In this document: positions 19,634-26,057 of the stretch, in pieces
How positions within the stretch are numbered: position 1 is the first letter of the stretch
Layout of the letters: each line of letters begins with the position of its first letter
Origin: Anaeromyxobacter sp.
GTDB taxonomy: Bacteria; Myxococcota; Myxococcia; Myxococcales; Anaeromyxobacteraceae
Assembly: GCA_031396105.1 (NCBI GenBank)
Contig: JANNKC010000234.1
Location: 2,423 to 66,422 of the forward strand
Length of the DNA stretch: 64,000 bases
Direction of reading: 5' to 3'
Position numbers and translations under genes: made by a program
Notes under the pieces: generated by a model
Told to the model about the DNA's origin: nothing
What the model saw: only the letters and a program-made list of their open reading frames with translations
The model's database searches: none

Positions 19634-19662
19634 TTGACCCGGCCGCGACCCTCCCGTACCAT
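19634..19662 (+). promoter_or_regulatory. Putative sigma70-type promoter giving a leaderless mRNA
   Basis: TTGACC (19634-19639), then N17, then TACCAT (19657-19662), then 7 nt, then the ATG at 19670. No Shine-Dalgarno sequence. Confidence 0.45.
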
Positions 19663-19669
19663 CCGGCAC

Positions 19670-19936
19670 ATGGCGCTCATCGAGGCTCCCGAGCAGGCGA
19701 TGCGGCTCGCGCGGGCGATCTGCTCGGACATCTCCCTCTACAACGAGGAGAAGATCGTCAAGAGCATCGAGAAGGACAACTTCTTCGACGCCCTCCGGGA
19801 CGAGCTGGCGGAGGGGCGCGAGCACTACCGGTCGCGCGTCGCGTCGGAGCTCTTCGGCAAGACCAACTTCTACGACCGGGCCATCGTGGACGTGATCCTG
19901 AAGTCGAAGGCTCGCATCCGGTCGCGCATCTGGTAG
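19670..19936 (+). CDS. Small conserved-looking protein of unknown function (88 aa)
   Basis: An internal ATG of the 114-aa track ORF reads MALIEAPEQAMRLARAICSDISLYNEEKIVKSIEKDNFFDALRDELAEGREHYRSRV.... Composition is balanced and not shadow-like, and the promoter is placed exactly for this ATG. Confidence 0.65.
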   Translation: MALIEAPEQAMRLARAICSDISLYNEEKIVKSIEKDNFFDALRDELAEGREHYRSRVASELFGKTNFYDRAIVDVILKSKARIRSRIW

Positions 19937-20016
19937 CGCCCCCCGCCGCCGCGCCGGAGCGGCGCTCGCTCCTCGCCCCCGACGACCTGGCCGGCCTCCG
20001 CCTGGACCTGGCCCTG

Positions 20017-20988
20017 GTGCGCCTGGCGCCCGACCTCTCTCGCGCCCGCGTGCAGCGGCTGGTGGAGGAGGGGCACGTGCTGGTGGATGGCCGGCCGGCC
20101 AAGGCCTCGGCGCGCCTCAAGGGCGGCGAGCGGCTCGACCTGGTCCTGCCCCCGCCGCCGCCGTCGGGGCTGGTGGCCCAGGACCTGCCGCTGGCGGTGC
20201 TCCACGAGGACGGCGACCTGCTGGTGCTCGACAAGGCGCCGGGCATGGTGGTCCACCCGGCGCGCGGCGCCCCCTCCGGCACGGTGGTGAACGCGCTGCT
20301 GCACCGGCTCGGCTCGGCCACGCCCGGCGGTGCCCGGCCCGGGCTGGTCCACCGGCTCGACAAGGAGACCAGCGGCTGCCTGGTGGTGGCGAAGCGCGAG
20401 ACGGCGCTGACGGTGCTGCAGGCGGCCTTCAAGGCGCGCCAGGTGGAGAAGACCTACCTGGCGATCTGCCACGGCGTGCCGGCGGCGACCGGCCGGCTCG
20501 ACACGCCCTACGGGCGCCACCCGTACGACCGGACCCGCTACTCGTCGCGAGGCCAGGGAACGCGCCGGGCCGTCACCGGCTGGACCGTGCTGGAGCGGTT
20601 CGGCGAGCGGGCCGCGCTCCTGGCGGTGGCGCTGGAGACGGGGCGGACGCACCAGATCCGCGTCCACCTCTCCGACGCGGGCCACCCCCTCCTGGCCGAC
20701 GCCACCTATGGCGGGCGGCGCCGCGAGGCGCGGCTGCCCGAGGAGGATCCGGTGCGGCGCGCGGCGGGGGCGGTGGGGCGGCAGGCGCTGCACGCCTGGC
20801 GGCTCGCCTTCGCGCACCCGCGCACGGGGCGCCGGCTCCAGGTGGAGGCGCCGGTGCCCGCCGACCTCGAGCGGGCGCTCGACGTGCTGCGGGGGGCCTT
20901 CGCCGCGCCGGCGCGGCCCATCAGGCCGCCTGCGGGGCCGGCTCCCGAGCCGGCGCCCAGGCCAGGGCGCGGCCGGAGTCGCCGCTAG
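20017..20988 (+). CDS. rluD: 23S rRNA pseudouridine synthase, RluD-like (S4 domain plus RluA-family catalytic domain)
   Basis: 323 aa from the first GTG. Motifs: VLDKAPGMVVHP, HRLDKETSGCLVVAK, GRTHQIRVH. The S4-domain motif GLRLDLAL lies in frame upstream of the first ATG/GTG/TTG, so the true N-terminus is probably about 10-30 codons further 5'. Confidence 0.85.
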   Translation: MRLAPDLSRARVQRLVEEGHVLVDGRPAKASARLKGGERLDLVLPPPPPSGLVAQDLPLAVLHEDGDLLVLDKAPGMVVHPARGAPSGTVVNALLHRLGSATPGGARPGLVHRLDKETSGCLVVAKRETALTVLQAAFKARQVEKTYLAICHGVPAATGRLDTPYGRHPYDRTRYSSRGQGTRRAVTGWTVLERFGERAALLAVALETGRTHQIRVHLSDAGHPLLADATYGGRRREARLPEEDPVRRAAGAVGRQALHAWRLAFAHPRTGRRLQVEAPVPADLERALDVLRGAFAAPARPIRPPAGPAPEPAPRPGRGRSRR

Positions 20989-22079
20989 TCCCCCAGCGAG
21001 ATGCCCAGGTCGCGGCAGGTGTGGACGGTGTCCGAGTCGGTCGGCACCAGCTTCATGTGGCCGAGGACCTCGGTGACCGGGATGGCCTTCATGTCCGGCG
21101 GCTGCCAGGCCACCATGACGTTGCGCTTGCCCTCGGCGATGAAGCGGACCGCCGCGGCCCCGAACCGGAGCGAGATGAGCCGGTCCCAGGTGGTGGGCGA
21201 GCCGCCGCGCTGCAGGTGGCCCAGCACCAGCGAGCGGGTCTCCTTGCCGGTGCGCTTGTGGATCTCCTTGGCCACGTGGTCGGCGATGCCGCCCAGCATG
21301 ACCTCCTGCCGGCCGACGTCGGCGTTCTGCTTGGTGACCAGCCCGCCGCCCGCGACCATGGCCCCCTCGGCCACCACCACGATGCCGTGGCGCTTGCCGC
21401 GCACCTCGTTCTCCATGAGGCGGTCGCAGACCTTCTCCATGGTGAAGGGGATCTCGGGGATGAGGATCACGTCGGCGCCGCCCGAGAGGCCGCTGTGGAG
21501 GGCGATCCAGCCGGCGTAGCGCCCCATGACCTCCACCACCATGACCCGCCCGTGGGCCTCGGCGGTGGAGTGGAGCTTGTCGATGCACTCGGTGGCGGTG
21601 GTGACGGCGGTGTCGAAGCCGAAGGTCTGCTGGGTCTTGGCGAGGTCGTTGTCGATGGTCTTGGGCACGCCGATGAACTGGAGCCCCTTCTGCGAGAGCC
21701 GGTGCGCCAGGGCGAGCGACCCGTCGCCGCCGAGCGCCACCAGCACGTCGAAGCCGAGCCGCTTGAAGTTCTCCACCACCTTGTCCGACTCGTCGCGGAA
21801 CTCGATGGTGCCGTCGTTCCGCTCGTGCGGGCGGTTGAAGGGATCGCCCTTGTTGGTGGTGCCGAGGATGGTGCCGCCGCGGTCCATGATGCCGGCCACC
21901 CGCTCCGGCGTGAGCGGCACGATCTTGCTGGTGTCGTGGAGGCCGGCGTAGCCCTCGCGGATGCCGTGCACCTCCCAGCCGCGGCCATGGGCCGCCATGG
22001 TGACGGCGTAGATGACGGCGTTGAGGCCCGGGGCGTCGCCGCCGCCGGTGTTGATCGCGATGCGCATCCTGTTGCCCAT
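20985..22079 (-). CDS. pfk: 6-phosphofructokinase (PfkA family)
   Basis: The ATG at 22079 (MGNRMRIAINTGGGDAPGLNAV) gives 364 aa. Motifs are GGDGS together with VPKTIDND (Gly at the 104-equivalent position, Lys at the 124-equivalent), so the ATP versus PPi donor cannot be decided by eye. Confidence 0.93.
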   Translation of the reverse strand: MGNRMRIAINTGGGDAPGLNAVIYAVTMAAHGRGWEVHGIREGYAGLHDTSKIVPLTPERVAGIMDRGGTILGTTNKGDPFNRPHERNDGTIEFRDESDKVVENFKRLGFDVLVALGGDGSLALAHRLSQKGLQFIGVPKTIDNDLAKTQQTFGFDTAVTTATECIDKLHSTAEAHGRVMVVEVMGRYAGWIALHSGLSGGADVILIPEIPFTMEKVCDRLMENEVRGKRHGIVVVAEGAMVAGGGLVTKQNADVGRQEVMLGGIADHVAKEIHKRTGKETRSLVLGHLQRGGSPTTWDRLISLRFGAAAVRFIAEGKRNVMVAWQPPDMKAIPVTEVLGHMKLVPTDSDTVHTCRDLGISLGD

Positions 22080-22136
22080 GACGTGTGGCCCCCGCTTTCC
22101 GGGGCGCAGGGTCGCATGGGGCCGGGCCGGGCGGCA

Positions 22137-22172
22137 ACGTGGCGCCGCACGTGGCGCCGCACGTGGCGCCGC
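22137..22172. repeat. Perfect 3x tandem 12-mer (ACGTGGCGCCGC) in the pfk upstream region
   Basis: Read directly: 22137-22148, 22149-22160 and 22161-22172 are identical. The array produces alternating palindromes CACGTG and GGCGCC, 58-93 nt upstream of the pfk ATG. Confidence 0.9.
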
Positions 22173-22260
22173 ACCCGTGGGGATGCGTCCGTGGGGGCTG
22201 CGCCCGGAGCGGCTGGGGCGGATCCGCCGGCGCCTTCGGCGGCGAGGCACGCCATGCCGT

Positions 22261-23577
22261 TCAGTCGGGCCTGGAGGTCGGGGGCGGCCGGGCGGGGCGC
22301 GCCGCGGCGTCGAACTGGGCCTCCAGCCGCACGATGACGGAGCGCTCGCGGTCGCGGTGGCCACCGCCGGGCGGCCGCTCCCACCGCATGCCCGGCTCGA
22401 GCTCGAGGTACAGCCAGCGGCGAAAGACATCGCGCCGCGCCCGGAGGCGGACGCGCCAGATCTCGACCACCGGCCCCACGTCGGACGCGCCCAGCGCCGA
22501 GCCGCCCAGGAAGAGCGCGGTGTTGTCGCCCACCGCGGCGAGCAGGCCGAGCTCGGTCCCCCACTCCCAGCCCCGCGAGCGCTCGGTGAACGTCGCCGTG
22601 TTGGCGAGGCGGAGGAGGAGCCAGCCACTGAGCTCCCGCTCCAGATCCAGGTCCTGCCGGGTGCCCCAGCCGGTGGGGGTCTGCCAGAAGCCGGAGACGG
22701 CGACGCGAGCCACCAGGACCCCCTCGACGGGCTGCACGTGGCGCAGCCGGAGCCGGGTGAACCAGCCGACCGGCCAGCTGAAGAGCAGGCCAGCCTGGAG
22801 GTCCGTCTGGGTGAGCAGGGTCTCGAAGAGCGTCAGCTTGAGGCCGGCGGTGGGCCGATCCGGGGCGCCGGGCGCCGGGGCGTCGCCGGGGAGGAGACGG
22901 TCGAGCGCCTCGTTGGTGCCGCCGGAGATGGTGAGCCGGAGCGCCTCGAGCCGGCGGTTCAGGTAGGGGAGGCGCAGCTCGGCCCGTGCGCTGGTGGTGA
23001 AGGCATGGGTGCCGTCGTCCCGGAGCGTGACGTCGTTGCGCCAGCGGACGAAGGAGCGGAGGCGCGGCAGGTCCACCTCGCGCTCGTCGGCGAAGAACTG
23101 GTCGAGCCGACCAACCGACCAGAAGAGTCCCTGGGCGAGCAGCGCGTGGCCGCCGTCGACCCAGTTGTCGGGAGGCGACGTGGCGGGCGGCTCCTCCGGC
23201 GGCCTCTGGACCGCGAATGGGGCCTGGCTCGATGGGAGGGTGGGGGCCGGGGCTGGGGTCTCGGTTTCGGCCGGGGCTGGGGCCGGGGTCTCGGTTTCGG
23301 CCGGGGCCGGGGCCTCCCTCGACTCCGGGCCTTCGGCCCTACGCTCGGGATGCGCGGCCACCTTGCTGGCGCTGCTCGCCGATGCCGGGGCCGGGGTTTC
23401 GGTTTCGACCGGGGCCGGGGTCTCCTTCGACCCCGCGCCTGCGGTGCTGCGCTCGGGGTGCTCGGCCACGCTGCCGGTGGTGGTCGCGGAGGTCGGGGTC
23501 GGGGCCGGGGCCGCGGCCTTGCACGCGGCCAGGCCCGGAGCCACGGCAGCGAGCGCCGCCAGGAGCAGCGAGGTCAT
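22261..23577 (-). CDS. Lipoprotein with repetitive Pro/Ala/Thr/Glu-rich linker and a beta-rich C-terminal domain
   Basis: The internal ATG at 23577 gives 438 aa. It has a lipobox signal peptide (MTSLLLAALAAVAPGLAAC) and repeats ETETPAPAPA and AHPER. It is in frame with, and not separated by a stop from, the upstream methyltransferase. Confidence 0.7.
   Translation of the reverse strand: MTSLLLAALAAVAPGLAACKAAAPAPTPTSATTTGSVAEHPERSTAGAGSKETPAPVETETPAPASASSASKVAAHPERRAEGPESREAPAPAETETPAPAPAETETPAPAPTLPSSQAPFAVQRPPEEPPATSPPDNWVDGGHALLAQGLFWSVGRLDQFFADEREVDLPRLRSFVRWRNDVTLRDDGTHAFTTSARAELRLPYLNRRLEALRLTISGGTNEALDRLLPGDAPAPGAPDRPTAGLKLTLFETLLTQTDLQAGLLFSWPVGWFTRLRLRHVQPVEGVLVARVAVSGFWQTPTGWGTRQDLDLERELSGWLLLRLANTATFTERSRGWEWGTELGLLAAVGDNTALFLGGSALGASDVGPVVEIWRVRLRARRDVFRRWLYLELEPGMRWERPPGGGHRDRERSVIVRLEAQFDAAARPARPPPTSRPD
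23311..23361 (-). repeat. Copy A of the in-frame VAAHPERRA..GPESRE cassette
   Basis: The coding strand reads GTGGCCGCGCATCCCGAGCGTAGGGCC-GAAG-GCCCGGAGTCGAGGGAGGCC. It shares an identical 27-mer and an identical 17-mer with 52970-53026. Confidence 0.9.
23419..23469 (-). repeat. Copy B (diverged) of the same cassette (VAEHPERSTAGAGSKET)
   Basis: The coding strand reads GTGGCCGAGCACCCCGAGCGCAGCACCGCAGGCGCGGGGTCGAAGGAGACC. This has the same layout as copy A and the E2 copy, with substitutions. Confidence 0.7.
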
Positions 23578-24177
23578 CGTGCTGGATGGGGTGAGCCTGG
23601 GCCGGGCCACCAGCCGCCTCCAGGTGCCGCGGGCGTGGCGCGAGGCCTCCTCCACCTGGAAGCCGGCCGCCTCGACCGCCCGCTCCGTCTCCCGGTTCGG
23701 ACGGCAGCCGCCCGCCAGCCAGGTCCAGGCCGGCTGCATCAGGTCCTGGAGCCGCGCCTCGAGCGGCGAGGTGGAGCGGACGTGCTCCAGGAGCCGGAAG
23801 GCGCCGCTCGGCGCCAGCACGCGCCGCACCTCGGCCAGGCCGGCCGCGGGATCGTCCACCGAGCAGAAGACCATCCCCGAGAGGACCGTGTCGAAGGCAC
23901 CGTCGCGGAAGGGGAGCGCCTCGGCCCTGGCTCGCACCAGCGCCACCCCCGGCGCGCGCCGCCGCGCCGCCGCCAGGTTCCGTGGGTGCGGGTCGAGGGC
24001 CACCACGGGCAGGCCGGGCGGGAGCCAGGGGAGGTTGCGGCCGGTGCCGCTGCCGAGGTCGAGGGTGCGCCCCGCCGCGCCGCCGGGGAGCCAGCGCCGC
24101 CAGCGGCCGAAGCCGGAGTGCTCGGCCAGCCAGAGGCCGAGGTCGTAGAGCCAGGGGATCTGCTCGAGGCCGCGCAT
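23578..24177 (-). CDS. Class I SAM-dependent methyltransferase (5' part of a continuous 638-codon ORF, 22261-24177)
   Basis: 200 codons. Motif I is TLDLGSGTGRN; also FDTVLSGMVFCSV and LAPSGAFRLLEH. The domain ends around ...WRRLVARP, but no stop codon occurs before 22261. Confidence 0.75.
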
Positions 24178-24186
24178 CGGGAGATC

Positions 24187-26037
24187 CTAATCGAGGTAGC
24201 CGCGCGCCTGCAGCCGGAAGAGGTGGGCGTAGCGGCCGTCCAGCGCCACCAGCTCCTGGTGGCTCCCCAGCTCCACCAGCCGTCCGCCGTGCAGCACCGC
24301 GATCCGATCGGCCAGCCGCACCGTGGAGAAGCGGTGGGAGATGACCAGGGCGGTGCGCCCGACCGCCAGCTGCCGGAAGCGCTCGAAGAGCTCGTGCTCG
24401 GCCTCGGCGTCGATGGCCGCGGTGGGCTCGTCCAGGATGAGGAGCTCGGCGTCCTGGCGCATGAAGGCGCGCGCCACCGCCAGCTTCTGCCACTGGCCGG
24501 CGGAGAGCTCGTGGCCCTTCTCGAACCAGCCGCCCAGCACCGTGTCGTAGCCCTGCGGCAGCCCCTCGACGACGCCGCTGGCCCCCCCGCGCGCCGCCGC
24601 CGCCGCCACGCGAGACCGGTCCTCCAGGTGGGAGGGCTCACCCAGCCCGATGTTCTCGGCGGCGGTGAACTGGTAGCGCACGTAGTCCTGGAAGACGGCG
24701 CCGATGCGGGAGCGCAGGTCGGCCGGGTCGAGGTCGCGCAGGTCCACGCCGCCCCAGCGGATGGCCCCCTCGCTCGGCTCGTGGAGCCGGAGCAGCAGCT
24801 TCACGAGGGTGGACTTGCCCGCGCCGTTCTCCCCCACCAGCCCGAGCGTCTCGCCCGGCGTCAGCGTCAGCGAGACGTCGCGCAGCACCCAGGCGTCGCG
24901 CCCCGGGTAGCGGAAGGAGACGCGGTCGAGCTCGATGGGCAGGGACGGGCCGCGCGGCAGCGTGGCCGCCGGGCTGACGCGAGGGCGCTCCCCCGCGGCC
25001 GGGATGGCCAGGAAGGCGAAGAGGTTCTGCATGAAGAGGGCGTCCTGGTACATCCCGCCCACCGCGCCGAGCACCGCCTGGACCGCCGTCTGCCCCTGGC
25101 GGAAGACCACGATGTAGAGGGTGAGATCGCCCAGCGTGATGGCGCCGGCCGCGGCGCGCCCCGCCATGAAGGCGTACATGGCGTAGAAGGCCAGGAGCGA
25201 GAGGAGCCCGAAGGCCGTGCCGGCGGCGAAGCGGCGCAGCGCCAGCCGGCGGTCCTCGGCGAAGAACTTCTGGAAGAGGGCGCGGTAGCGCGAGAGGACC
25301 AGCGGCCCCAGGCCGAAGAGCTTCACCTCCTTGACGTGGGCGTCGCGCGTCAGGATCCACTCCAGGTAGTTGAGGCGGCGCCCTTCCGGGGCCCGCCACG
25401 AGTAGAGCCGGAAGGACTCGCCGGCCAGCCGGGCCTCGGCCAGGAAGGCCGGCACCGAGGCGGCCACCAGCAGCGCCACCGAGGCGGGCGAGAGCCGCCA
25501 GAGCAGGCCGGAGAGGGCCGCCAGCGTGACGGCGTTCTGGCCCATGGCCACCAGCTGCAGCGCCAGCGAGAGCGGCCGCGAGGCGGCTTCCCGCCGGGCG
25601 TTCTGCATCTTGTCGTAGGTCTCGCTGTCCTCGAAGTGGCGCAGCTCCAGCTCGAGGGCCTTCTGCAGGATCCGCTCGTTGAGCAGGTTGCCCAGGGTGG
25701 CGCGCAGCAGGTCCCGCCGCAGCCCGGCCAGCCGGACCAGGCCGAGCTGGGCGCCCATGAGCGCCAGCTCCAGCGCCACCAGCTGGAGGACGCGGCGCGC
25801 CGCCTCCGGCCCGGCGCCGCCCGCCGCCGCCACCACGCCGTCCACGATGAGCTTGCCCACCCAGGCCAGCGCCGCCGGGAGGAGGGCGAGCAGGGCCGTC
25901 AGGGCCAGGAGCTGCAGCGCCCCGGACCGATCGGCCAGCCAGACCAGCCGCAGCGTGCCGGGCACCTCGCTGAAGATGGAGCGGAGCGAGGCGAGGCGGC
26001 CGGGGCCGGCGTCGGGCGAGGAGGGGCGGATCTTCAT
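24187..26037 (-). CDS. ABC exporter, fused permease/ATPase (MsbA-like)
   Basis: The preferred ATG at 26037 (MKIRPSS...) has AGGAGA upstream; the track ORF starts at 26070. Six-helix TMD, Walker A GENGAGKST, signature LSAGQWQ, Walker B LLILDEPT. Confidence 0.9.
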   Translation of the reverse strand: MKIRPSSPDAGPGRLASLRSIFSEVPGTLRLVWLADRSGALQLLALTALLALLPAALAWVGKLIVDGVVAAAGGAGPEAARRVLQLVALELALMGAQLGLVRLAGLRRDLLRATLGNLLNERILQKALELELRHFEDSETYDKMQNARREAASRPLSLALQLVAMGQNAVTLAALSGLLWRLSPASVALLVAASVPAFLAEARLAGESFRLYSWRAPEGRRLNYLEWILTRDAHVKEVKLFGLGPLVLSRYRALFQKFFAEDRRLALRRFAAGTAFGLLSLLAFYAMYAFMAGRAAAGAITLGDLTLYIVVFRQGQTAVQAVLGAVGGMYQDALFMQNLFAFLAIPAAGERPRVSPAATLPRGPSLPIELDRVSFRYPGRDAWVLRDVSLTLTPGETLGLVGENGAGKSTLVKLLLRLHEPSEGAIRWGGVDLRDLDPADLRSRIGAVFQDYVRYQFTAAENIGLGEPSHLEDRSRVAAAAARGGASGVVEGLPQGYDTVLGGWFEKGHELSAGQWQKLAVARAFMRQDAELLILDEPTAAIDAEAEHELFERFRQLAVGRTALVISHRFSTVRLADRIAVLHGGRLVELGSHQELVALDGRYAHLFRLQARGYLD

Positions 26038-26057
26038 TTTTCTGCCGCTCTCCTGTA

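Noticed and set aside
22137-23470. Possible CRISPR array or minisatellite, suggested by the short repeats at 22137-22172 and the repeated GGGGCCGGGG/TCGGTTTCGG strings at 23220-23420.
   Set aside because: The 12-mers are contiguous with no spacers. The 23.2-23.4 kb repeats are in-frame coding repeats (ETETPAPAPA) of the lipoprotein. Neither has the 25-40 bp repeat/spacer periodicity of a CRISPR array, and no cas genes are present.
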